Source: Octopus vulgaris
Taxonomy: Eukaryota
DNA: 64,000 nt
NCBI GenBank assembly: GCA_951406725.2
Contig: OX597818.1
Coordinates: 73,036,001 to 73,100,000, forward strand
Direction of reading: 5' to 3'
The notes beneath the pieces were generated by a model. The model worked only from the letters and a program-made list of their open reading frames with translations, ran no database searches and was not told the origin of the DNA. Of this stretch, positions 13,786-27,070 are shown one piece after another (position 1 is the first letter of the stretch; the number at the start of each line of letters is the position of its first letter). The translations under genes were made by a program, and so were the position numbers.

Positions 13786-14035
13786 TATCGCATAAAAGAT
13801 CGTGGGTAAGGCTAAAACAATGCGAAGTAAATGCAAGGTAAATCACAAGAAAACATGTGAATTAATATAGACTTACCCTGTATACAATAATTCGTCAATT
13901 TCTTGAAAATGAGTTCATAACCCCGAAATATTGGATACAAGGTAAATCTACATTAATTCATATATTTTTCTTGTGATATCCCTTGCATTTACTTCGCATT
14001 GTTTTAGCCTTACTCGCGATCTTTTATACAATATA
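13786..14035. repeat. Foldback of about 250 bp with a hammerhead-like motif in the loop and right arm
   Basis: gtaaggctaaaacaatgcgaagtaaatgcaagg versus ccttgcatttacttcgcattgttttagccttac. TTGAAAA...GAAAtaTT at 13903-13932. Confidence 0.8.
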
Positions 14036-14394
14036 TTGTAGTTAATGCTTCATAGTAATTATTCCATATATTCTTTTTATAGATTATTCATATTTTGTTT
14101 ATAGATTATTAACATAGTATTTGTAAATATTATTTTATTTGGAACACTATATATTACTAACATAGTGTTTGTAAATTTTTGTATATTTTCGTATATCTTT
14201 TATATTTTTATTCCTTACTTTATTCGTGTAACTTTTATTTCTGTAACTTTTTATCTTTATTTGAATTTATATCTGAATTATGGCTTGTACTGTAGAGTCC
14301 AGCGAAACTAATTTAAACATACCTATTTTACACATATTTAAGTGTTTAAAAAAATTAAAATATAGTTTATTGTATTGAACGTTGATAAAGTTAT

Positions 14395-14457
14395 GTAAGG
14401 GCCTGATGATCGGGCTGGCATCTTGAGAGGGGTTCCAGGGAAACACGGAGTCCTTGC
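14395..14457 (+). ncRNA. Decayed minimal type I hammerhead motif
   Basis: gtaagggc-CTGATGA-...ctgg..ccag-g-GAAA-cacgga-gtccttgc. Stem I pairs over 8 bp including G-U. UH site mutated. Confidence 0.5.
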
Positions 14458-14464
14458 AAAAGCA

Positions 14465-15060
14465 AGGATCTTTTATTGTAATCCCCTTTAAAATGTTTCC
14501 ACACCAATAGCTAAATTATTTTTCAAAATACTGCAAAAATACTTCCAACTGAACTACAAATATTACAAACTGATACACGAATACAAGATAAAATTGTTAT
14601 ACTCCACTAGCAACAAATTTAAAAATATTATAGCCAAGTACAACCACCAGCGTGGCAAACCTAAAACATAGACACAAAAACGATTGCAATTGTAGAACTC
14701 TTTCATACTGCCATCGAGGGGAACAAATCCCAAATATAATCACGAAAAGGAGACCGACTACTATAACTACGGACATAGGATCTACAAGAAACCAGATCAA
14801 GGGACGATAGAGTCAATTAGCGCACCGTGTTCACAATCCAAGCAGAGAAAGTGATACGTCACTATACAAATATATATGGCAATTGATATCTCAAAACATT
14901 GTTGGGCATCAATTGAAAAATACTTTCACATGCACAAGAAAATCAAGGTAATAAGAATGTCAAATTTGTACTAAAGAATATGATCACATTCTAACATATA
15001 TGAACCAAATTCTGAATGAAAATTCGAACTGCTCTTTTCATTCAAGCCCAATCTCATGAA
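14465..15060 (+). mobile_element. Penelope-like element fragment (RT-EN linker plus GIY-YIG), decayed
   Basis: With frame breaks: NVSTPIAKLFFKILQKYF...KIKLLYSTSNKFKNIIAKYN, CNCR, IGSTRNQIKGR, DTSLYKYIWQL, CQICTKE. Confidence 0.75.
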
Positions 15061-16647
15061 AACTCTAAAACACTCTTGAAACAAACAATCTTTTCTAATG
15101 GTTAAACTTAATACCTCAGAAACTCCCCTCTATCTACCTACTCTGTAAACAATAAAACACATCATTACATCTTTACATTTTTACAGTTTTAGATTAAGCA
15201 AATACTTTGGATATTATGTTTCCCCAACTAAAATATTTACAAAATATGTTATAACTACACAAAACTACATACACACACATAATAAAAAGAGAGACCCATT
15301 TCCTTCTTCCGTTTGTTTTTTAAATTTCATTTTATTCCCATTTTCATATATGAATATATACACACCTTGTATGATGCCTCCACTTTAGTATATATCTAGA
15401 ACAGAATGTTTGAAGAAACTATACACAAAGAGGAAATAAACGCTATCTTAATAAAAGACAAAGGTTACAATTCCTATATACTAATCAAATTCCTTAGAAG
15501 AACGAACACCTAGAGATATACATATAAACATACAATCTTTGCCTAAATACTTTTGCGAAAATCAAAGCACAAGAGAAACAATTTTCTATAATAGCAAGGA
15601 CATGATATACCTGACTAATAAACCCATTTTACTACCTACCTACAGTCTTTTGTAAAAATAACTGACACTCCTAATTACAAAGAGCGTAAATATTGGACTT
15701 GTTTACATTTTAACTTTACTTTGTCAGAGCAATAATAATACAAATAGCAACAAAAATACTGCTACACACACTGCATACCCAACAAAATAGAAACACCTGC
15801 ACGTTTGTATACACAATTCTACATCCATGAATACATTAAAAAGTAGCATAACCCCATATTTAGTAAATAAAGAATTTCCCTTAATCATGTCTCCATAGTA
15901 ACCCAACCTAAAGACCTAATTACTTCTCCACTGAAACTCACGTACTCAAGGAAGATTTTAATTTAACAGCGACTATGTAAAGGCAAGACTATCATACATT
16001 TTTGTGTATATTAAGTGTGTATACTTGTTAATAAATCGTGTTAATATAGATTTCTTGCGCATGTGCATGAAGTGGGAGTTGTTAATAGAGCTGTACATCT
16101 TTACACTAATATATCTCAACATATACTTATAATATCTAATAATTTTATATCGCTTTGTTTGTTTCCCTCTTATATATTTCCGTTATATAAATCGTAGAAC
16201 TTTTCACGTTTTATGAGTTTTCAACATTTTAACAGTAATTTTTGTTTCAAGTATAATAGAATTATCCCAAAGTCTCTGGTCAATGTTCTTGCCTTTACCT
16301 TTCATTAATATCTATTATTTATCGCCCTTCCACATCTTTCTGCGCCCTTAAAATGCTCCAAGGTTCCTTAAGAAAAGCCATTCCTTAAGAAAAGCCATTG
16401 ATGGTAGTAAATTATGATAAAATAAACTTATAAGTTTGTTATGAACAGATCATGCAGATGAATGCAAATTGATTTACGGATTTTCCTGTATTTTTCATTT
16501 AATAATAATTCATTTATTGCTGATAATTTTGCCTTTAAGTGGTCCACATATGAATATATAATACTGCGTCTGATGCGTTTGTTTCTTTGCGTTTTAGTAT
16601 ACTTGATGTGAATAAATGCAAATAGTTCACACACATACACAATTATA

Positions 16648-16733
<86 letters not shown>

Positions 16734-16773
16734 TATATGTGTGCGTATCCAGATGTGTCTGTATTGTAAATTC

Positions 16774-16829
<56 letters not shown>

Positions 16830-17495
16830 CAATGAATAATTTCCGAACAACCAAACAAGATTGAAAAGATTTATCGTTTTCTGTGATTCATATACACGTA
16901 TACCTACACACAGTAATATATCAATATAATTGAAGATTTATGCATATATGTACACACTCACATATACATATACTTTTGTATGTATTTATAGATATATACG
17001 CACACACATACACACTCACATATATGCATCTATGTAATGTATGTATATATAGACTGTCATTCAGGTAAGAGATAAACAGACTTGGTCTCGTCTGCCCGAA
17101 GATTCTTAATATATTTTAAAATTTTAATGTGTTACTATGAAAAAAGTCGAATTTTGTGAAACGTGTGCTATATAGATTTAGAGAGTGTTTTATTTATGAT
17201 CTATTATATTGTGTTATTTCCTAGCAGTCTTCCGTCACCAAAAGATATAAAATACATTTTTTCTTGTTAATGTTATATCGCTATATAATAAAAGTTAGTA
17301 ATATTCGGAATCTTCTGAATATGGTTTTATGTAAGAACGCTTATAGAGAAATATTTATTGCAAAAAAGCCCCCGCTTTCTAGAAGTTTATGCTCTCCATA
17401 TATATCAGATATACTCAATGCTACGAAACCACGTTCGTTGCGACTTGTTTCTTCGGATTGTGAAATTGACACAAAGTCTCCCTTTCACTCTCTAC

Positions 17496-17548
<53 letters not shown>

Positions 17549-17654
17549 ACCTCAGTAAAAATATATTCATATTATCGCCCAAGGCCAAGAAATTTAGGCC
17601 AAAATGTTAGTCGATGACATTGAAGTCAATAATTTAGCAATACCTAAATTACAT

Positions 17655-17725
17655 ACTCCGAAAAGATGATAGGCGAATTTGAATCCGGCGGGATTTGGAC
17701 AAAGAACGTAAAATGTTGAAACCTT
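17655..17725 (-). mobile_element. Decayed fragment of the tRNA-SINE family seen at 42048
   Basis: Reverse complement resembles gttcaaattccgccgaggtcgactttgcctttcatcctttcg. Confidence 0.45.
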
Positions 17726-17759
17726 TTGTTCTCGCACTAATAATTCTGTCAGTGAGTAG

Positions 17760-17816
<57 letters not shown>

Positions 17817-19216
17817 TGTGAGTGTGAGTTTGTGTAGGAAAATAGAGACATAGCTTTCAGTTATATTTCTGGAAAAAGTTATTTTAATGTAATGGTGTTC
17901 TAACAATATTATATTATTATATTTACTTGGAAGTTTCATTTTAATTATTGAAATTCAAACCTTAATACGTATAATCTATGCGATTAAATTTAATTTGTAA
18001 ATAACAGAATATAAAATCTATAATATTTCATTAAAGTTTTGAAGTAAATAATTGTATTTTCTTATCTATTTCTATCGTTGCTGCTCTGTTTTAATTAAGT
18101 GATATATCTACAGGAAAATATTTCCAATTTATTACTAAATATGATTTCCATCTCCATCTCTGTCTCTGTCTCCTTCTGCAAAATCACTCTCTCAACCTCT
18201 TTTTAACTTCTTTCTCTCATTCCTACAAGGAACTTGCAAATAACTTCCAAATTACTATTCGATATTCACGTCTGTTGTTCTTTATATTATATATAACGCA
18301 TTGTAACTACCAACATCTAAATACTAACCGATACAGATACACGCACACGCACGCAAACATACACTCGCTTAGATCGTGTATGTATGTGTACCTGCATATG
18401 CTTGTATATATACAAACACACACGCGCACACGTACATGCACACAAACACGCACACGCGCACACACACCACACACACATACACACAAACACACACATATGA
18501 AGAAAAGAAGAGTATTTCCATGCTGAAAATAATATTGGTGAATCTGTTTGGGGATTTGAAGATGCATCTGAATCTCAAAACGTTTTTCAATTTTATATCA
18601 GATTCATGAAAACACCAAACCGGTTTCGAGAATTTCTTGTTTATGAATGGTAAAATGCAAAAATAAATAAGGGATAGGGATTAGGAGAGGTAAAATTTAC
18701 AAGTGAATATTCAGAAAAAAGTGCTTAAATGATCAAATGTTCTTACAAATACCAGTGAGTTTCAGAGATAGACAGTAATACAAGTTAAAATATTCGGTGA
18801 TGTTCATAAGTCATACATGATTGAAAAACGAGTTTATCTTATACTTTTTAAAAAACCTTATCGTATCTAATTCTTAAACTAGTACAATACTACTAAACTG
18901 TCAATATGTGTGTGTGTATTTTAATGACCTGTAGGAACACCGTATTTCGTTATGCAACTATAGTACACTACGAAGTATATTAAACGGTTTTATAAGTCAA
19001 TATCGTGTTCTACTGTGTTACCAGAGCTATTACATTGCTTGTTAAGGTCATCTCTACAGATTTTCTATAGACGTTATAGTCAACACAGACTTTTTATTGG
19101 CATATAAAAGCGTTTAATGTATTTTATTGTTCAGTTCTATATTTGAGTGATGAGGAATTATGTATATTATTTACATTATTTACATTTCAGGGATATTTGT
19201 CATCTTGTTTGTTGTT

Positions 19217-19262
19217 AACTTGACGTTTCGGCTGATGTACTCTCCAGCCTTCATCAGGTGTC
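19217..19262 (-). ncRNA. Minimal type I hammerhead (left arm, stem I damaged)
   Basis: gacac-CTGATGA-a-ggctg-gagagtacat-cagcc-GAA-acgTC-aagtt. Confidence 0.6.
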
Positions 19263-19336
19263 CTGGGGGAATTTCGAAACTGGGTTCTCATTCTTAAGGT
19301 ATTTTTGCGATGTTGTTGTTGTTGTTATTATTATTA

Positions 19337-19390
<54 letters not shown>

Positions 19391-19516
19391 TCACTGCCTG
19401 GAATCGAACTCGGGATCTTAACCACTACGCCATATGCCCACGAGCATATGGCGTATTGGTCAAGAGCGCCGGCTACTAACCCCAATATTCCCAGTTCGAT
19501 TCCAGGCAGTGACCTA

Positions 19517-19612
<96 letters not shown>

Positions 19613-19694
19613 AAGAAGAACAACAACAACAACAACAACATCAACATCGGAAAAATACCTTAGAAATAAGAACCCAGGTTCGAAATTCCCCCGG

Positions 19695-19740
19695 GATACC
19701 TGATGAAGGCTGGAGAGTACATCAGCCGAAATGTTGTGTT
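19695..19740 (+). ncRNA. Minimal type I hammerhead (right arm)
   Basis: gatac-CTGATGA-a-ggctg-gagagtacat-cagcc-GAA-atgTT-gtgtt. Stem I gatac/gtgtt, 5-bp stem II, loop III likely derived from palindromic AACGTT. Confidence 0.75.
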
Positions 19741-20044
19741 AACAGCAAACAAAATGGGGACAAATCTCCGTCAAATGTAAATAACGTATATTTTGCTGTT
19801 GTATTATGATTGCGGAATGAAATACGATGTCCTTACAGGTCTCTAATACTTACGTACCAGCTTCCAGCAATGTGTTTAATATATAGAATTGGTGTATCCA
19901 TTAATGTGCAACTCTTATATTTAGTGGCTATTTAAGTAATAAGTTCTTGGATGCTTAATAGGTTCTGTTGTTTATATTAGGCGTCTCGGATACAAAACGA
20001 CGTAGCAAAATCAGAGCTGGACATAATTTGTAAAGAAAATCTAT

Positions 20045-20110
<66 letters not shown>

Positions 20111-20189
20111 CATACATACACACGTGTGTGTACATGCCATGCTGTATACATCACTTTTAAGTTTTTAATATTTATAATAATAATAATAA

Positions 20190-20420
20190 ACTGAAGATCA
20201 AATGTCTTTCCCTAGTCATACACTCTTAAGGTCGGTTTCATCTCCCCTGGAGGGGACGCACCTCGTCGCAGGATCGCTCATGTTTGCCAGTAAAGTGGAC
20301 TAAAGCAAGGTCAACTGAAAAGTTTTGCTCAAGAAGACGAGTGGACAAGTTCATGATTCAATACGACGATCTAACGACTGTGAGTGCATCACCCTAACCA
20401 CTAAGCCACGCGTCTCCACA
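20190..20420 (-). mobile_element. tRNA-derived SINE (CORE-like), decayed
   Basis: Minus strand starts gtggagacgcgtggcttagtggttagggtg (A box), then cttgagcaaaac...ttgctttagtccact. Confidence 0.65.
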
Positions 20421-23400
20421 TTAATAATAATATTATTATATATCATCCATAACTTATTTGAGTCCTTTGCATTCTTTAAAAAATATATATGCACAAAGGC
20501 CTTTCTGTTGGCTGGGACAACAGAAATTTGAACACAATTTCAAACGTCTGAACAAGTGTTAATGTTTTATAGAAGAGAGGAAAATGTGAAATTTCAGAAT
20601 ATTCATGCATTTCACATAAATTTTAGTAATGTAGCGAGAAAGCTCTATTATTGAACCAAAAATCATGATGGTAAAATCTCAGTGGGGATGTAAACGTTCA
20701 ATCCGTTTGAGAGCAATTCATCTGATAGCAAACCATGTCTATTGTTACTTGTGGTAAGATTCATATACTGAATATTTCGGTCAAGGTTTTCTGCTAAGCA
20801 GTGAAGTCAATAGTATACATTTCTCATATAGGCATAAGAGCTCAACTCAATTGGAGGAGTGGAAATGTTGTGTTATATTGTTGCAGATCATTACTGCTAC
20901 ATTTTCATTATCTGCCAGATCAGAATTATGAACAAAGGACCCACTCTAAACTAGTGTCAATTCTATTATAAGCACAATGTTATTGAGGTCCGTTATCTCC
21001 ATTCCAATTGATATCGAACTCAGCAGAATGAGAAATAACGTTGACTGAGACCGAATCAAAGCCCATGTGAAATCTGAAATATTAAAACACTTTCTTGGAA
21101 TCATAACGTGATTTGAAGTATTGTATTCAGCATTGTGCAACAAAGTCAAGAAATTAATTGCAATTAGATTAATTTTAATTATTGATTTTGTAAAGATCGG
21201 AGTTGTATAGAATCTATAGCAATTTATTTGAAATTCATTTCGAAAATAAATTATTTAAATTTGGGATAAAATGAGATGGAAATATTTAAATCCATGAATA
21301 ACCGATTGGAATATCATATAGTGAATACGACGTCGATTCTGAACTGGTTTAATTGAATATACAATGTGCTGGTTGACAACTGGGTTGATACAAATGTGCC
21401 GTATTTTAATTTTATGACAAACAGATGCTTTTAATAGCTAGGGAGGAGATAACAGCGAGAAAATGAATATCCCTAGAAAAAATATAAATGGCCGTTGCAA
21501 TGTTTAAATTGTCTGAGTCCATATTTGAAAAGCTGAAATTATGGCAACAATTGATTTTACAGAAGAAAAACGTGTGCTGAGATGCCATCAGATTAAGATT
21601 CCCGTTAAACATCTTAAATAATCCATTTCCGTAGCCATTCTCATAAATATAAAATTTTCTTTCTTGTATTTCTGCTGTTGGCCATATTCTTTTATTGATG
21701 TGGAATTTTATTATTTTCAGCATCTCAGTTGAAATAATTGATATTAAGAAACATAACCTTATTTTATCGGGTTACATTTAATTAAATTGGCAATTTGCTG
21801 CTGTCATTGGTGTTGTTGGTTTTGCTCGGTATGATTTTGTTTTTCAGAATATCATATGTTTGTGCCAGTGAGTTTCCTTATGAAAATTCAAGAAAATCAA
21901 ATGCTTTAACGCAAAAGCCAGATTACAAAAGATAATGCCTGCAATATTCCAATTTATAATGTAGCATATATTTCAGAATTAACAGCCAAGAATTGTCGAT
22001 TGAGAGAATGAACTGAAAATCCTTCGCTAGAAATCTCTTTAACAAAAGTTTTATGCATCTAAACAATCTTTTAATTTTCTCCTCGAACGCACGTATGAGT
22101 GTATGTCTATATAAGATTTAATGCACTAAACAATCTTATAATTTATAAGGTTTGGTAATCTCATTTATAGAGAAATTCAATTCAAATTAATTAAGTTTTC
22201 ATTAGGATTACTTCAGAATCAATTGGCCAGAATTAAAAACGGTAGTGTATTTTTATTTTGAATTTTTAGTCTTCCTTTGTATGCATTTTGTTTTCAAATC
22301 AGAAAAGAGTTAAAAGTGCAATTTGCTCATTCATTCAGTTTACGAAGTCGAAAGCCAGACGTGATATGCTAATTAGAGCCTATAATTTAACAGTATTGTG
22401 TGGTAAAATATAATCCAAAAGGAATTGACGGCGTAAAAAGGCAATTAAAAGGTTAAAAGGATATTAAATTTTCCTCATCCATTATATTTGGCTCAATGTG
22501 TGTCACGTGGTATTAATTTGAAACATTCACAACGGCATGCATTTCATATTACTTCGTCAATGTGAATGTTAATATGCTGGACTTCAAGTCAACGATAATG
22601 AAGACATACTGTATAAGAGTGTTTGAAATTCTTTCAGCAGTAATTGCGACAGCGAAGACGCTTGCATTTCTCTCATTTCAATATCACATCATATGAAATA
22701 AATAAATTTATTTTATTTGTATCAATATTAGGGTGGTGTGTATATGGATATGAGCATTTTTGAATCTACATACGAAGCCTGCGGTGCATACCATGCAGGT
22801 GATCTTGGTGCATCTTTTGATAGTGCAGGATTTGTGTCTACAGAATAAAATGCACTCTTCACATGGACTGAAAGATGGGATACTTCCTGACATTGAAATA
22901 TTTCAAAGTTTTATCTAATTTGAGACAAGCATTAAGATCACGTTTAAGGAGATATTTCACATGCCTATTGTTATTCAATTCTATTGTTATTCTATTCTAT
23001 TGTTACCCAATGCTGTCGTGATGAACCAATTTATTTTGGATGTTAAATATTAAGACTTGTACAGCTAAATAAAAAACGAGGACCACTTAACTGTATTGAT
23101 ACTCTTAGGAGAAGTACAATTTTAGCAGAATGAAAATGTTGACCAACTGCCTTAATAAGGGAGAGAGATTCATTTCAATTACGGCCGCTTCCATATGATA
23201 AAGACTATTTCAAAATATCTTTGGGTTTAGACTGAATGTGTATATTTCACTTACTTGGTGTACAGAATAAAATGTATATTACTATGATGTGACATAGGAT
23301 ACGTGTTTCTAAGCCATAAACATTAACTGCTTGTGCCTAAAGATCAGTTGCGGAAATAGCGTTTATCTTTAGATCAGTTTCAGATTCAAACGAGTTTTGA

Positions 23401-24084
23401 GAAATTTTGCAACGATTTAATGCTTTCATTTGCTCGTATAGTCTTTTCCCATATTTGCATAACTAGATTGTGATCGTACAAGATACAACGCAGCCTTGAA
23501 GGGGTTAGACGAAAAGCTCACTAGCTATACTTTTATTTTTATGAATTTAAATTCTTATTGGACTGATCACTGTTGCCGAAGCATGAGATTACGAGGAGGT
23601 AAACTAAACATTTGTCGAAGCGGAGTATGGGTACAAGCACATACACATACACACGCACACACCACACATGCACACAGATGCACAAACAGGTGCACACAAA
23701 CAAAAACAAAACAAAAAAACAAACGGCAGACGTCCAGAGAATTTCTGTTTACCAAGTTCACTTATGAAGCATTTCCCCATGGCTGTAGTAGAAGTAATTT
23801 TACTAAAACGCAATGGCGTGGGACTGAACCGTAATTGCAAAGCAAACATCTTAACTACACATTCATACCTGTTGCACTTATAAGTGTGCGACTTGATATA
23901 TACATATATATATATATGTGTGTGAGTGTGTGTGTGTGTGTGTGCGTGTGCGTGCGTGTGTGTACGTGTGTGTATGTATGTATGTAAGTGTATCTATTTT
24001 TATATATATCCGTATACATACAGACACATACACACTCACGCACACACGCACGCACGCACACACACACATATGTACATGTATATA

Positions 24085-25344
24085 CAGGGGTTGGATAAAA
24101 TAATAGAAACGCCAGGCATCATAGCATCATAATTTTGAAATATCTATAAAACCGTCAAAAGCTTGTTTATTTTAATGTGTTTTGGATTTATTATGAGTGC
24201 TGCTTAATATGTTTTGCTAAAACGTCTGTTTCTTTTTAGATATCATTAGAAAAACGTAATTAAAAATAAATTCAATGACAGATCCATTGTACTTTCAAAG
24301 AGGTCAAATTGTTGGTGCTCATGTGGCAGGCGTTGGCGTAACGAAACCAGCCGAAATGTTTGGTGTATCAAGAAGTACTGCCTTGAAAGTAATGACAGCC
24401 TTTGAGAAAGAGGGAAAACCTCCTCGTCGAAACAAAACTCCGGAATAATCCAAAACTTTCAGATATGGACGCGAACTGTTAGAAAGGATCCCAACATTAC
24501 ATCTCCCAAAATTACTACAGAGCTTAATGACCACCCCGAGAATCCAATTTCCACAAAAAAACTATTCGCCGGGAGCTGCACAAATTCGGATTTGACGGGA
24601 GGGTTGCAATCAGCAAACTACTAATTTCAAAAACAAATATTGCAAAGCGTTTAGAGTGGAGTAAAAACCTACAGAAACGCTGCCGAGAGCAAAGGAAGAA
24701 TGTTATTTTCGCGGACGAGTCATGTTTACCCTATTTCCGGACACGGGCCGAGTATACCTGTGGAGGCAGCCAAAAGAGGCATTTGCCCCAAACTGCCTGC
24801 TTCCAATTGCTAAACATTGAAGAGATTCTGTGATGATCTGGAGGGGTATATCTTGGAAATCTTCCTCCCCAATGCTTTCCCTTCATGGCAAAATTAATAG
24901 TCAAGACAATTTACGCATTTTATCTGATAAAATTCATCCTATGTTTGCGGAACTGTTTCCGGAGGTAAAAAGCAATCTTTCAGGATAATATTGCACCAAT
25001 TCATACAGCTAAATCTTTACTGAACGGCACGAGCAACATTCTAGTGAAGTTGAACAACTTACCCGGCCACTACAGTCCCCAGATCTCAACATTATTGAAT
25101 ATTTATGGTGCATTTTAGAAAAAAAGTAAGGCGTCGATATCCTCCACCATCACCATTACAAGAACTGGAGACTGTTTTAACTGAAGAATGGACAAATATT
25201 CCTTTGGAAACCATTCAAACTTTGTACGAGCACATACCTCGTAGAATGCAAGGTGTAATATCTGTCAAAGGCGGTCTTACCCCCATATGAAAATAAATTT
25301 GTTTGAAATTTTTAAGGTGTTTCCATTATTTTATCCAACACCTG
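24085..25344 (+). mobile_element. Full-length Tc1-family transposon, transposase disrupted
   Basis: TIRs caggggttggataaaataatagaaacgcc / ggtgtttccattattttatccaacacctg with TA on both sides. MTDPLYFQRGQIVGA..., VIFADES, FQDN, PPLQSPDLNIIEYLW-like and VISVKGG motifs with stops and frameshifts (24275-25290). Confidence 0.93.
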
Positions 25345-25410
25345 TATATATGTATATGTATATATATATATATAAACATATATATATATATGTATATGTA
25401 TATGTATATA

Positions 25411-25452
<42 letters not shown>

Positions 25453-25500
25453 CACACACACGCATATATATATATGTATGTATATGTATATATATATATA

Positions 25501-26816
25501 TACATATATATATATGTATATGTATATTTATGTATGTATATATATATATATATTTATGTATATATTTACATATGTATATATATGCAAATATACTGAGAGA
25601 GTTATAGATACTCACACACACACATATTCATATACACGCTTATACACACATATACGGAGTTTCAAGAACTCAGAAATAATCACAATTATATATGAGTGTT
25701 CATCCATTAAATTTGATGATAAGCTAGCAGCTATAAGAAATGAATAATGAATAAATATATAAATATTTAAATGAAGAAAAATCGCGAGGAACACATTTTC
25801 CCATTAATGGTTCATAAAGACAATGACTTCAACTACCTGACAATCTATGGGACAGTTGTATCACGACTACACCTCTTACGCGACACATTCCATGCGTCAG
25901 AAACTATGGCACTGGTGGAATTTTATTGTCGCTTACGTGCTGGATACTCGAACAGCCACAACTGAATCTTTTAACACTTAGGTGGAAGTGTTTTAATCAT
26001 GTGGTACCACAAAGTTTTGCCCTCAAGAAATTGATATTGGGTGTTTTTCTCTGTCTTCCACACGGATGTATTAGTATGTATTAGTATGTATTAGTACGTA
26101 TTAGTATGTATTAGTTGGTGTATGTATTAGTATGGCACATCATATATGATGTGATGTGTGTAAAGTCGTGTGGTGTAGTGAGGAGAAGAGGGGGAGGGGG
26201 AGAAGAGGGAGGAGAGAAGGGGAGGGGAAATACATATATATATATATGTATATGTATATTTATGTATGTATATATATATATATATTTATGTATATATTTA
26301 CATATGTATATATATGCAAATATACTGAGAGAGTTATAGATACTCACACACACACATATTCATATACACGCTTATACACACATATACGGAGTTTCAAGAA
26401 CTCAGACATAATCACAATTATATATGAGTGTTCATCCATTAAATTTGATGATAAGCTAGCAGCTATAAGAAATGAATAATGAATAAATATATAAATATTT
26501 AAATGAAGAAAAATAGTGAGGAACACATTTTCCCATTAATGGTTCATAAAGACAATGACTTCAACTACCTGACAATCTATGGGACAGTTGTATCACGACT
26601 ACACCTCTTACGCGACACATTCCATGCGTCAGAAACTATGGCACTGGTGGAATTTTATTGTCAAGATTCCGTAGCTCTAGCATCACACCTTCGTAGTCAC
26701 CCTATGAACCTCTCAGCCTAACACTTAGGTGGAAGTGTTTTAATCATGTGGTACCACAAAGTTCTGCCCTCAAGAAATTGAGATTGGGTGTTTTTTTCTG
26801 TCTTCCACACGGATGT
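25501..26816 (+). repeat. Near-identical direct duplication (25501-26069 / 26231-26816)
   Basis: Same sequence and same ORF translations about 732 bp apart. Differs mainly in one internal 41 versus 56 nt block. Confidence 0.92.
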
Positions 26817-27070
26817 CTTAAGTGTTAGGATTCCATGACTGTGAGTGGTCTTACTTCGTTCTTCATATATACTCAAGTATTTGTACTGATGCGCTTTTGA
26901 TCAAATGTCAGAAGATGTGGATCCCACCGAGCAGAAACCATCCTGGCAATTTTATTGTGCAAAATATTCCCAAATCTCTCATAGCATTATCTAGTTTTTA
27001 ATCAATCGCTTCTCATCCATCACTATCAATTGAACATGATCAATGTTTCCTCGTTGGTGGCAGTTATAAG
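26730..27070 (-). mobile_element. mariner transposase fragment, decayed
   Basis: Minus strand MVSARWDPHLLTFDQKRI, corresponding to the WVPHEL motif. Confidence 0.6.

Larger units (their letters stand above)
19132..19790. mobile_element. Head-to-head foldback: tRNA-like head, (TAA)n and hammerhead in each arm
   Basis: Arms are reverse complements around a centre at about 19440. A box tggcgtattggt and B box gttcgattcc at 19448-19503. CTGATGA-a-ggctg..cagcc-GAAA in both arms. Confidence 0.9.

Noticed and set aside
18525-18632. GAAACCGGT palindrome with flanking inverted repeat
   Set aside because: No matching CUGANGA and stem I in a consistent orientation.
19442-19516. Functional tRNA gene
   Set aside because: A and B boxes are present but the acceptor and T stems pair poorly, and it is embedded in a repeat. 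Treated as a SINE-type head.
22708-22893. Cys-rich 61-aa ORF (metallothionein- or toxin-like)
   Set aside because: No signal peptide or recognisable spacing. A different frame with splice signals is at least as plausible.
25921-26730. CRISPR-like or cassette array (constant flanks, variable spacer)
   Set aside because: Only two units inside a long duplication in eukaryotic DNA, with no short-repeat array or cas genes.
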